Shown: positions 29,594 through 38,923, counted from the first letter of the stretch. The stretch: 64,000 bases of DNA from a bacterium (GCA_963692865.2 OY843592.1:2240001-2304000), one strand, 5' to 3'. Numbers and translations: made by a program. The notes: generated by a model from the letters alone, not told the origin.

Positions 29594-30697
29594 CTACGCC
29601 GCCCGGACGACCACCGCGACGGGTCCGCCGCCGGGAGGCCCCTGGTGCTCGGCCCCGCCGGAGACGTAGGTCATCGGCTCGCCCACGACGGAGGAGACCA
29701 CGGCGTTCACGACCGCGCGCGCGTGGCGCGTGTTGTTGATGTCCGAGTCATCGAGCATGGTGTGCCTGCGCCCGCGCACGAGGCCGTCGGGTGAGGCCTC
29801 GCACTTGGCGAAGACGTTGACGATCCTCGCGCGCTGCTCATTTGTGAGCGACCAGTCGAACCCGACGCCCGCGTTCACTAATGCCGAGCGCACCGCGTCG
29901 CGGTCGATGGCGTCCTGCATGACGCTGTGGCCGACCACCAGGTCCCCGCCCCAGGCCGCGCTGTTTCCGATTATCATCACCTCGTTGCACATGAGCTCTA
30001 TCCCCGCCGAAGTCGAGGCGACGCCGGATTGCAAAGACCAGTCCCTGCAGACCACCTCGTCGCTCAGTTGGCTCTCATCCAACTCGCCCGCCGCGAGCGC
30101 CACGCCGAGCGCGGATGCGCCGCGCGAGTAGCCCATGGATTTATACGTGTCCTCCGTGCAGACGCTCTTCCCGCGCGCTAAAGCCTCCGCCATGCGATCG
30201 CCCGTCAGGAGGGGGCACTTCACCTGTACGAAATGGAGGTCTTCCGCGCTCTCTATCTGCGCTTCCGCCATCAGCCGACGCACGAGGTCCGCCGTCGCGT
30301 GGACCTGCGCCATACGGCCCATTTCCTCGGGCAGAAAATCCGCGGTGTGGCCGGATGCGATGGCGAGGCGCTTCGCGCTCCCGTCGCCGCTTCCGCTATC
30401 GGACTTCGTGAACACCGAGAAGTGCGGACACATGACTCCTTCCGTTCCGCCGGACATGATGAGGGCGATCTGCGCCTCCACCTCCTCGCGTGGTTTTCCC
30501 ATCGTTCTTGAAAAATAATCGAGCAGGACGAAGTTGCTGAACCCGCGCGAAAAATCGTTCACGCAGCCGTTGCCCTCGGTCTTGCCCATGATTCCGACGA
30601 TCTCTTCGGGCCGGCATTTGCCGTCTTCGATGAGAGCGGCCACGCCGGAGATGTCGTCGGGCGAGTCCATCGCCACGCGGAACAAGTCGGCCTGCAT
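29594..30697 (-). CDS. atzD: Ring-opening amidohydrolase, cyanuric acid amidohydrolase (AtzD/TrzD) / barbiturase family
   Basis: Motifs GKTEGNGCVNDFSRG, MSGGTEG, HFVQVKCPLLT, SMGYSRGASALG, STSAG, RRHTMLDDSDINNTRHARA and YVSGGAEHQGPPGGGP. Confidence 0.9.
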   Translation of the reverse strand: MQADLFRVAMDSPDDISGVAALIEDGKCRPEEIVGIMGKTEGNGCVNDFSRGFSNFVLLDYFSRTMGKPREEVEAQIALIMSGGTEGVMCPHFSVFTKSDSGSGDGSAKRLAIASGHTADFLPEEMGRMAQVHATADLVRRLMAEAQIESAEDLHFVQVKCPLLTGDRMAEALARGKSVCTEDTYKSMGYSRGASALGVALAAGELDESQLSDEVVCRDWSLQSGVASTSAGIELMCNEVMIIGNSAAWGGDLVVGHSVMQDAIDRDAVRSALVNAGVGFDWSLTNEQRARIVNVFAKCEASPDGLVRGRRHTMLDDSDINNTRHARAVVNAVVSSVVGEPMTYVSGGAEHQGPPGGGPVAVVVRAA

Positions 30698-30854
30698 CTT
30701 GCGTCCCCCTTTTGCGTAAGGCGCGCCCACGCGCGCTGGTGGAAACCGGAATTGTTTATGGAAAAAAAACGTAGCACCCAATCCTAAGCCTGTCCAAAGG
30801 GGGGCGCTATAGAAGCAGGGAAGGGAGTGTTTTCCGACCTTCGGGATTGCTCTC

Positions 30855-31014
30855 CGTCATTCCGGCTTTCGCCGGAATGACGAACAAGGGCGTAGAGGAA
30901 AAACAAATAGAGCCCGCAGCCCCTCTTGCCTCGACTGGAAAACCAACCCTCCTGTTCCCCCTCCTCAGGGGGTAACGGCGATACTCCCGACAAAGGCTTT
31001 ACCAACAACCCCCC
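30855..31014. repeat. Collapsed REP hairpin plus MITE-like right-end module
   Basis: CGTCATTCCGGCTTTCGCCGGAATGACG hairpin; 30932-31012 resembles 60386-60493 and ends in TTTACCAACAACCCC. Confidence 0.6.
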
Positions 31015-31100
31015 ACTCGCGTTTGACGAGGGGGGGCTTCTTTTTTACAGTAGTGAGCATACGCGAGGATTCCAATCGACCCGACTCCGGGGAGATGCGC

Positions 31101-31379
31101 ATGACGACGTACGAATACCTCAACCTCATCGCTTCCTACGGCGGCCTCGCGCTCATCTACTACGGCATCCGCGAGATGGCCAGGGGGGCCGACAGGCGCT
31201 CCGCCGACTCCGAACGCAAGCACGCCGAGGCGATGGCGGAATCCCGCCGCAGGAAGGGAGATGGCATCCGTAAACACGAAGAAGCGATGCGCAAGCATGA
31301 CAAGGAGATGGCCGACTCCGAGCGCAGGCACGAGGAGTCTATGGCGGCCCTGCGCGCGCTCATCGAGCGAACCGGCTGA
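31101..31379 (+). CDS. Small membrane-anchored coiled-coil protein with an internal repeat
   Basis: GGGGAG RBS, N-terminal hydrophobic helix, repeated DSER(K/R)H.E.MA unit, host-like codon usage. Confidence 0.7.
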   Translation: MTTYEYLNLIASYGGLALIYYGIREMARGADRRSADSERKHAEAMAESRRRKGDGIRKHEEAMRKHDKEMADSERRHEESMAALRALIERTG

Positions 31380-31396
31380 TCGAAACCGACCGAGAC

Positions 31397-31595
31397 GGGG
31401 TTGTTGAAAAAATTCGTATGTGATCCTTGCACACCGCCAACGCCTCTTTCCTCACCCTGAGCAGCCGCCGGAGGTAAAACGCGACTGAGAAAGGAGCGTT
31501 TGTATCGAAGGGCGCTCCCTCGATACGGCGCGCAAGCGCGTCTACTCGGGATGAGGGGGTAAATTCCGCCCGAGGATGACTTTTTCAGCAACCTC
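31397..31595. mobile_element. Non-autonomous MITE-like element of about 200 bp
   Basis: TIRs GGGGTTGTTGAAAAA and TTTTTCAGCAACCTC. Internal and terminal modules are shared with 51295-51480. Confidence 0.7.
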
Positions 31596-31655
31596 GTTAT
31601 GATGGCGTATTCGTTCAGGTGATGTTGCCGAGACTTTTTCCGGGAGAAGACGCGG

Positions 31656-32573
31656 ATGCCGATTGAACTGAAGGACGTTTGGGATTTTCATACCGATCTG
31701 CGCTTTCTGGCGGATTTGTCCGGTGAGAACGCCTACATTTTAGAGCAGATAGACATCCCCACGGCGGCGAAGCTGGGCGGGGTTTTCTCGGCCCTGGGCA
31801 GACTGGCGGGTGCCTCGCAGAAGGTGCAAATCACGGCGCTCGAACGCGACTTGAGACTGGTTCGGGAATCAGAGGGTCTCGACGCCGTCCTCACCCGGAA
31901 GGACCTGGAAGGGGCGGGGAAGCAGGTGATCCACGCGGAAGGCGTCTATTTCATTGAGACGGAAGGCGACTTCAAAGGCCTCGAATGGCTCTGGGAGGAG
32001 GGGGCGCGGAGCGTCGCGCCGCTTTACAACGAGGACAACGCGCTGGGCGGCGGCGCCCAGGGCGACCCCGCCCGCGGCCTCACCCCCCTGGGCCGCGATT
32101 TCCTGATGGAGGCCTGGCGGACGGGTTTCATGGTGGATTGCGCGCACGCGAACCACCAGACGAAATCGGACATGATCGATCTCGCCCTCGTCACCGGCCA
32201 GGAGATGCACTACTCCCACGGCCATCTGGACGATCCGGTGTTGCCCTTCTTCGGCGAACGCGGGTTGCCGCGCGATATGGCGAGGCGGCTGCTGGAGACG
32301 GGCGCGCTCATCGGCCTTACGCCGTACCCCGAGTTCGTGGACGAGTTCGAGCGTCACCTGGAGGAAATCGAGTTCCTTGCCGAAATCGCCGCCCATCAGG
32401 TCGTGCTGGGCAGCGATTTCGCGGGCATCAACCGCGTGTTCGATGAATTCAGGGGCATCCGGGCGATAGGGGACTTCGCAGGGCGTCTCGCCGCCGCGCA
32501 CGGGGAGGATTTCGCCCGCTCCTACTGCGGCGGCGCGCTCAAGGCCTGTCTCGAACGCTCCTTGCCGGAGTGA
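31656..32573 (+). CDS. Membrane dipeptidase (M19)-like amidohydrolase
   Basis: Motifs DFHTD, HAEG, YNEDNALGGG....RGLTPLG, VDCAH, YSH and LGSDF. Confidence 0.75.
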   Translation: MPIELKDVWDFHTDLRFLADLSGENAYILEQIDIPTAAKLGGVFSALGRLAGASQKVQITALERDLRLVRESEGLDAVLTRKDLEGAGKQVIHAEGVYFIETEGDFKGLEWLWEEGARSVAPLYNEDNALGGGAQGDPARGLTPLGRDFLMEAWRTGFMVDCAHANHQTKSDMIDLALVTGQEMHYSHGHLDDPVLPFFGERGLPRDMARRLLETGALIGLTPYPEFVDEFERHLEEIEFLAEIAAHQVVLGSDFAGINRVFDEFRGIRAIGDFAGRLAAAHGEDFARSYCGGALKACLERSLPE

Positions 32574-32626
32574 TCGGGAGGGGAGTGTGGGCCGATTCTC
32601 TGACGCTGATTTGAGTATCGTACAGG

Positions 32627-35230
32627 TTATGACGCCGCGGGGCTTGCGGAGGCTCCGCCTTCGTCCTTCGCGCTCATGAACTGGATGGAGATCATGACGG
32701 CCATGACAGCGGCGCCCGTTATCTTCATCCACGGCACGTAGAAGAACAGCAGGCCGCCCGCCACGGCGAAGACCACCCGCTCCCAGATTTCGAGTTTTCT
32801 GCGCATGTAGCCCTCAAGCGAGGCCGATGTGCAGAAAAAGCCCATGAAGCCGCTTATCCACACGACGAGGATGTCGAACCATGCCGCGCCCTCCGTGATG
32901 TTGATAGGGGTGTAGGCCATGAGGAAGGGGACGATGTAAAGCGCCTTGCCGAGCTTGAGCGAGGCAAAGCCGGTGCGCATCGGGTCGGCCCCCGCCACGC
33001 CCGCCGCGATGAAGGCGCCGAGCGCGAAGGGCGGCGTGAGCGAAGCGTCCTGGCTCAGCCAGAGGATCATGAGGTGCGCGCTCAGGAGCGGGACGCCGAG
33101 TTCCACCAGCGCCGGCACGGCGAGGATCGAGAGAAGCACGTAGCTCGCCGTGATCGTCATGCCCATGCCCATGATGTAGCTGGCGATGGCGCAGAGCAGA
33201 ATCGCCACCGGTAGAGTCGTTCCCGTGATGCCGAAGGTGTTGTCGATGATGGCGGCGTAGCCCAGGATGATCGAGGAGAACTTGATGCCGAGGCCGGGCA
33301 TCGAGACGCCCGCGAGCACGATGCCCATCACGCCCGCCGTCACGCCGATGATGAGCGAGTTGACGGCGCCTCGCTCCAGCCCGTCCAGAACGCGCGGAGA
33401 GGAGAATATCGCCGTTCCGAGAAGCGCCCAGAAAATCGCTTCAGGTATGGAGTGTCCCGCCATCGGCAATACGATGAGCAGCCCCAGCCCGGCGAGCAGG
33501 GGCCAGTTCTCCAAGAGCGGGTTTCCGGGCGGGTCGGCCTTCGCCGTTTCCAGGTAGGTTCCCGCCTCCGCGTCGGCAACTTCCAGGCTTTTGCCCGATT
33601 CCATGAGTTTCTTGTGGTGGTTCGCGGCCTGGTATTCGAGCCTGTCGTTCCTTGTGCTCCATCCGGGCCGGCCCACCAGGCGCGCGAGCACCGGCGGCAG
33701 GGCCAGCAGGCGGGTGTCCTCCCGGAAAAATCCCAGAACCATGGCCAGGACGATGGACCAGAGCGCCGCGTCGAAAGGCGAGCGCCCGATGATGAGCCGG
33801 AAGATGAGCAGCACCACCGGGAGCAGCAGGTAGCCCTCTTTCTTGAGAAGGGGCAGCAGTTCGGGCAGTTCCTCTTTCGAGAGGCCGTGGATGCCGTCCA
33901 GCCCCGAGCGGAAGTGCACCGACATGTAGACCGAGAAGTAGTACATCAGCGCGGGCACGAGCGAGATGAGCGCTATCCACCCGTAATCCGTCTCGGTGAA
34001 GGCCGCCACGAGAAATGCCGCCGAGCCCATGATGGGGGGCAGCAGATGGCCGCCGATGGAGGAGACAGCCTCGACCGCTCCCGCGTAGTGGGGCTTGTAG
34101 CCCGCGCGCTTCATCAGGGGAATCGTGAAGGTGCCCGTGATGACGATGTTCGCCGCTCCGCTTCCCACCACCGAACCCACCATGCCGCTCGACACGACCG
34201 AGGCCTTGGCGGCTCCTCCGCGCAGGCGCCCCACCAGGGCGTAGGAGAGATCGATGAATACGTCGCCGACTTTCGTCTTTTCCAGAAAAACCCCGAACAG
34301 GATGAACAAAAACACATAGCTCGCATATACGTTGGCGATGACGCCGAAGATGCCCGAGGTCCCGTATATGAAGTTCACCACCTCGTTATAGGAAAACCCC
34401 TTGTGCAGGAGGCGTCCGGGGAACTGGTTGCCGTACATGGCGTAGTAGAAAAAGAAGAGTCCCAGCAGCGGCAGCACCCAGCCCAATATCCGGCGGCACA
34501 TCTCGATCGAGACGATGACGGCGATCGTGCCCATGGCGACGTCCGTCCAGAGGACGAGGCCCGCCCGGTCTCCGCGGTCGGCGAAGTTCATGATGTATTC
34601 CACCGTGAAGACGACCACGCCCGCGCAGAGGAGAAGGTCCACGGCGGAGGGCCTGTCCCTCGGAGCGCCCGCCCGCGCCGGGTAGAAGATGAATGTCAGG
34701 ATGGCGGTGAAGATTACGTACAGGGGCAGATAGAAATGAAACGCGTATATGGCCAGCCCCGGGAAGTAGAGCGTCTCCCAAATTGCGGAGAGGGATTTCT
34801 CCATCCCTTCCGTGAGGAGCGGGGAGAGGGCGTAGACGATGACTTCGCCGAATCCCAGGCCGAAATCCACCGGCGCCTTGTTCGCCGCGCCGTAGAGGAA
34901 ATACGATGCGAACGCGAACGAGGAGAGCAGGATAGTCGCCTTCGGCAGAATGCACAGGCCCGACACGTAAAGCCAGATGAGGGCGTAGAGCCAGGCGTCC
35001 AGGGCCGGGAATTCGACCTCCTGCCAGTCCCAGGCGATCTCGTAGGGGAGGTAGAGATTGTACGTCCTGCCGGCGAAGAAGAGGATATAAGCGAGAAGCA
35101 GACAGGAGAGAAAAATGAAGACGGGCAGGTTTTGTTTCTGAAAGCCCGGTTCGATGTCCCTGCGGGTGGCCGACTCCGGGGCGAAGATGAACCGCAACCA
35201 CTCCCAGAGAAAATCGAAAGCCTTCCTCAT
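32627..35230 (-). CDS. TRAP transporter fused permease (TAXI-associated)
   Basis: Motifs GSGAANIVITGTFTIPLMKRAG, AVEAVSSIGG.LLPPIMG, GMGMTITASY and LTPPFALGAF. Confidence 0.93.
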   Translation of the reverse strand: MRKAFDFLWEWLRFIFAPESATRRDIEPGFQKQNLPVFIFLSCLLLAYILFFAGRTYNLYLPYEIAWDWQEVEFPALDAWLYALIWLYVSGLCILPKATILLSSFAFASYFLYGAANKAPVDFGLGFGEVIVYALSPLLTEGMEKSLSAIWETLYFPGLAIYAFHFYLPLYVIFTAILTFIFYPARAGAPRDRPSAVDLLLCAGVVVFTVEYIMNFADRGDRAGLVLWTDVAMGTIAVIVSIEMCRRILGWVLPLLGLFFFYYAMYGNQFPGRLLHKGFSYNEVVNFIYGTSGIFGVIANVYASYVFLFILFGVFLEKTKVGDVFIDLSYALVGRLRGGAAKASVVSSGMVGSVVGSGAANIVITGTFTIPLMKRAGYKPHYAGAVEAVSSIGGHLLPPIMGSAAFLVAAFTETDYGWIALISLVPALMYYFSVYMSVHFRSGLDGIHGLSKEELPELLPLLKKEGYLLLPVVLLIFRLIIGRSPFDAALWSIVLAMVLGFFREDTRLLALPPVLARLVGRPGWSTRNDRLEYQAANHHKKLMESGKSLEVADAEAGTYLETAKADPPGNPLLENWPLLAGLGLLIVLPMAGHSIPEAIFWALLGTAIFSSPRVLDGLERGAVNSLIIGVTAGVMGIVLAGVSMPGLGIKFSSIILGYAAIIDNTFGITGTTLPVAILLCAIASYIMGMGMTITASYVLLSILAVPALVELGVPLLSAHLMILWLSQDASLTPPFALGAFIAAGVAGADPMRTGFASLKLGKALYIVPFLMAYTPINITEGAAWFDILVVWISGFMGFFCTSASLEGYMRRKLEIWERVVFAVAGGLLFFYVPWMKITGAAVMAVMISIQFMSAKDEGGASASPAAS

Positions 35231-35316
35231 CGCCGCCCTTTCTCACCCGAGGCCGATGACAGGCGCTTCGCCGGCCCCCGGAAGGCGCTTCGCCCTCCGG
35301 GGGAGCCGGGAAACGT

Positions 35317-36315
35317 CTAGTTTACGTTATAGCCCTTCGCCTTCCAGTAGCGCGCGGCGCCGGGGTGGAGCTTCATGTTGAAGTTGCCCATCTGCTTGAT
35401 GAACCCGTCCGACTTGGCGGCGAAGTCCAGCCCGATCTTCCAGCCCTTGAAGACGTTGATCAGGAAGTCGCGGTTCGCCTTGTCGTACACCCGCCGCGTC
35501 ACCTCGTGGATGACGTCGTTGGGCACCTTCTCGTTCGCCACGGCGAAAATGGTGTAGGCGACCGTCTTGAACTTCTTGCCCTTCATCCCCTGATAGGGGC
35601 TGGCGTCCTTGTTGTCCTTGTAATAGCCCGAGCTCAGGGCGACGAACTTGTCGCGCACCTTGTCGGGAATGCTCAGGATGCGGAGCGGGCCGCTGCGCGA
35701 GGCGCGCAGAATCGAGGGCGAGGGCACCGGGTTCGGGATGCCGAAGGCGTCGAGCTTGCCGTCGATCATGTTGGTGGCGGCCTGGGCCCAGCCCATGTAG
35801 TCCTTGCGGATCTTGTCGGTGATCCCCAGGTTGTCGGTGATGAACTTCATCATGAACAGCGTGGAGCTTCCCCTCGGGCCCATGTTCACCCGCTTGCCGG
35901 CGAGATCGTTATAGGTCTTGATGCCGGACTTGTGGAACGTCGTCACCTGGAACCAGGAGGTCGACACCGGGCCGATCCCCCGGATGGTCATCATCGCCTT
36001 GCCCTTGTGGAAGGGTTTCTGCTTGCGCTGGATGAAGTCGACGAAAATCCCGTTCGTCATTCCGATCTCCGACCGCCCGCTGGCGACGAGGCGGGTGTTG
36101 GCGACGAAGCCCTTGGACTCGCGGTTGGTGACGTTGACGGTCTTGCTCGTCTTGTTCACCGCCTCGGCGAGGCCCGCCGCCATGCGGAACGCGCCCGCGC
36201 CCTTGCCCGCGCCGACGATGGTGATGTTGGTGGTGGCGGCGCTCGCCAGGGAGGCGACGAAAGCCGCCGCGGCGAAAACGCCAATCGCTGTAATGAATCT
36301 TTTGTGCTTACGCAT
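35317..36315 (-). CDS. TAXI family TRAP solute-binding protein
   Basis: Signal peptide, SKGFVAN, DLAGKRVNMGP.GS and LHPGAARYWK; GGAGGAG RBS. Confidence 0.92.
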   Translation of the reverse strand: MRKHKRFITAIGVFAAAAFVASLASAATTNITIVGAGKGAGAFRMAAGLAEAVNKTSKTVNVTNRESKGFVANTRLVASGRSEIGMTNGIFVDFIQRKQKPFHKGKAMMTIRGIGPVSTSWFQVTTFHKSGIKTYNDLAGKRVNMGPRGSSTLFMMKFITDNLGITDKIRKDYMGWAQAATNMIDGKLDAFGIPNPVPSPSILRASRSGPLRILSIPDKVRDKFVALSSGYYKDNKDASPYQGMKGKKFKTVAYTIFAVANEKVPNDVIHEVTRRVYDKANRDFLINVFKGWKIGLDFAAKSDGFIKQMGNFNMKLHPGAARYWKAKGYNVN

Positions 36316-36523
36316 AGGCTCTCCTCCGTTGGAATCGCAGAGATATAGGTTTTGCCCGTTGAGATGATTCTATCTCATCAACATACTTTCGCAAGCGACG
36401 CTTAGAGCTATTCGCATAATTTCCCCGCAAATCTTGACGCCCGAAGACCCAGGTGCTAGCTATTGCGCGTCTTGCAGGTTTTCTCGCGATAACGCGCCGA
36501 ACGCATTCTATGTGGAGACCCTC

Positions 36524-37738
36524 TTGTCCCGCCTTCTGGAAAACGATTCCCTGACGCTGCTGGGCGAAGGCGGCCTCCCCGTTCCCCGCTTCGAGGTCTG
36601 CACGGACGCAGAAGAAGCCGCCCGCGCGCTGGATCGTCTGGGCGGGCGCGTCGTCATCAAGGCGCTCGTTCCCGTCGGCAAGCGGGGCAAGGCGGGCGCG
36701 GTGAAGTTCGCCGCGAATGCGTCAGAGGCCCGCGCGCGCGCAGACGCCATTCTCGGCATGGAGGTGCGGCGCTTTCCCGTCAGAAAACTAATCGTGATGG
36801 AAGCGCTCGATATCGCGCGCGAGATTTTCTGCTCCATCTCCTTCGATGCGCCGGGAAAATGCCCGCTGATTCTCTTCAGCGCGGAGGGCGGCGTGGACGT
36901 GGAGGAACTGGCCGAACATCATCCCGACAAGCTGCTCGAATGGCCCGTGAACATTCTGGAGGGGCTTGCGCTCGAAGATGCGCTGGAACTGGCGCAAAGG
37001 GCGGGGCTTTCGGGCGGTCTCGCGGAGCAAGCCGCCCGCGCCGTGTGCGCGATGTACGGGGTTTTCTGCGCCCACGACTGCGAGATGATAGAGGTGAACC
37101 CCCTGGCGGAACTGGCAGACGGCCGCGTGGTGGCGGCGGCGGGCGTGGCGCAGCTCGACGCGCAGGCGCTCTTCCGCCATCCCGAACTCGAAGCCAAGCT
37201 GGGCGTGGAAGGCGGGAACGGCTGGCGGCCATTCACGGAACTCGAGATGCGCCTGCGCGAGATAGACGCCATCGACCCCCACGTGGGCGCGATCCGCTTC
37301 AGCGAACTGGACGGCGACATCGGCTTCATGGTCACCGGCGGAGGGTATGGATTGTCGAGCCTGGAGGCGCTTCTGGATGAGGGCGGCAGGCCCGCCACCA
37401 CGTTCGACATCACGCCCGGACGCTATGAGGAGAAAATGCGCCGCGCGGTGAAGGCGGTGCTCTCGAAGCCCGGCATCAAAGGGCTGCTCCTCGCGGGAAA
37501 CGTGAGCAATTTCACCCGGGTGGACATCAAGGTGGCGGGCGTGGTGCGCGCGCTCAAGGAGGCGGCGCTCGATCTCGAAAAATTCCCCGTCATCATCCGC
37601 TACGCGGGTCCGGGCGTGGAGGAGGCCAGACGGCTCATCGCCGAGGTTCCGGGCGTGGAATGGCATGAGGACGAGTCGTCGATAGAAGACCTCGCCAGGC
37701 GGATCGTGGCGCGCAGCTACGGGAGCGATGAGAGTTGA
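36524..37738 (+). CDS. ADP-forming acyl-CoA synthetase beta subunit (SucC / ATP-citrate-lyase-like ATP-grasp)
   Basis: Motifs VIKA.V.VGKRGKAGAV, SAEGGVDVEE, EVNPL, ALFRHP and LDGDIG. TTG start after GGAG. Confidence 0.85.
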   Translation: MSRLLENDSLTLLGEGGLPVPRFEVCTDAEEAARALDRLGGRVVIKALVPVGKRGKAGAVKFAANASEARARADAILGMEVRRFPVRKLIVMEALDIAREIFCSISFDAPGKCPLILFSAEGGVDVEELAEHHPDKLLEWPVNILEGLALEDALELAQRAGLSGGLAEQAARAVCAMYGVFCAHDCEMIEVNPLAELADGRVVAAAGVAQLDAQALFRHPELEAKLGVEGGNGWRPFTELEMRLREIDAIDPHVGAIRFSELDGDIGFMVTGGGYGLSSLEALLDEGGRPATTFDITPGRYEEKMRRAVKAVLSKPGIKGLLLAGNVSNFTRVDIKVAGVVRALKEAALDLEKFPVIIRYAGPGVEEARRLIAEVPGVEWHEDESSIEDLARRIVARSYGSDES

Positions 37739-38628
37739 GCATTCTGCTGGATTCGGATACCCGCGTCCTCGTACAGGGGGCCACGGGGGCGGAGGCGCGG
37801 CGCCTTCTGCCCACCATGACGGACTACGGCACCCGCGTGGCGGCGGGCGTATCTCCCGGCAAAGGGGGCGAGTCGGTGGGCGGCGTGCCGGTATACGGAA
37901 CCGTGGCCAATGCTCTTCGCGACCACGAGGTCGACCTCTCCGTGCTCTTCGTGCCCGCGCGCTTCGTGCGAGAGGCGGCTTTTGAGGCCATCGAGGCGGG
38001 CGTTCCCACCGTGCACATCCTCGCGGAGGGCGTGCCGCACCACGACGCCTGCGCGCTGCTCACGCGCGCGGCCGAGATGGGAACCTTCGTCATCGGCCCC
38101 AACAGCCAGGGCATGGTGAGCCCGGGAAGAGCGAAACTCGGCGGCACGGGCGGCGAGGTGCCCGACCTCATGTTCCGCCCCGGCCCCGTGGGCGTGGTGA
38201 GCAGAAGCGGAGGCATGGGGGCGGAGATTTGTCTCTTCCTGACGCGGGCGGGGATCGGCCAGAGCACCTACGTTGCCCTGGGCGGCGATTTGCTCATCGG
38301 CTCCGCCTTCGTCGAGATGCTCGCCCTGTTCGAGGATGACCCCGAAACCCGCGTCGTCGTCATGTTCGGCGAACCCGGCACGGACAGGGAAGAAGAAGCG
38401 GCGCGCTTCATCGCGTCCGGCGGATTCACGAAACCCGTTGTGGCGATGATCCCCGGAGAGTTCTGGGAAACCTCGCCCACGCCCGCGAGCGTGAGCCACA
38501 CCGGCGCGCTCATCACCCGGGGCCAGGGCGCGCCGTCCGGCAAGAAAAGACTCCTGCGCGAGGCGGGCGTCCTGGTGGCCGAACGCTTCTCCCAGGTCGT
38601 GCCCCTCGTACAACAAGCCCTCGGGTAA
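37735..38628 (+). CDS. ADP-forming acyl-CoA synthetase alpha subunit (SucD-like)
   Basis: Motifs VLVQGATG, AGVSPGKGG, FVPA, IGPNSQG, VSRSGG, GEPG..EE and phospho-His SHTGA. Confidence 0.9.
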   Translation: MSILLDSDTRVLVQGATGAEARRLLPTMTDYGTRVAAGVSPGKGGESVGGVPVYGTVANALRDHEVDLSVLFVPARFVREAAFEAIEAGVPTVHILAEGVPHHDACALLTRAAEMGTFVIGPNSQGMVSPGRAKLGGTGGEVPDLMFRPGPVGVVSRSGGMGAEICLFLTRAGIGQSTYVALGGDLLIGSAFVEMLALFEDDPETRVVVMFGEPGTDREEEAARFIASGGFTKPVVAMIPGEFWETSPTPASVSHTGALITRGQGAPSGKKRLLREAGVLVAERFSQVVPLVQQALG

Positions 38629-38701
38629 GCCTGGAGAAACGACTGAAAGTCCCGGCAAATCCGCGAAAGCCTAAATCCTTCCGTAGAGGCCGCATGCATA
38701 T

Positions 38702-38923
38702 GAGGTAGTTGAAAAACCCCTCCTCGATCGGAACTGACCACCGCCGTCATTCCGCCGAAAGCCGGAATGACGATCAAAACCGCACCGCCTCTTGTAGTGG
38801 GCCATTCTTGTGAGCGGCCCAAGATCGCGACCTCGGACAGGCGCATGAGCCAGTCCGCTACGGACCCTCTCCCCAGGTGGTTCTGGTCGCCAAATCACGG
38901 AACCAGGGTTTTTCAACAACCCC
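38702..38923. mobile_element. MITE-like element apparently inserted within a GTAG-type REP palindrome
   Basis: TIRs GAGGTAGTTGAAAAA and TTTTTCAACAACCCC. The first ~65 bp match the element at 43608. Confidence 0.7.

Noticed and set aside
36524-38628. Calling the pair housekeeping sucCD, or evidence of a reverse TCA cycle
   Set aside because: The SucC substrate-loop motifs are absent, there is no TCA gene context, and no citryl-CoA lyase domain is present.
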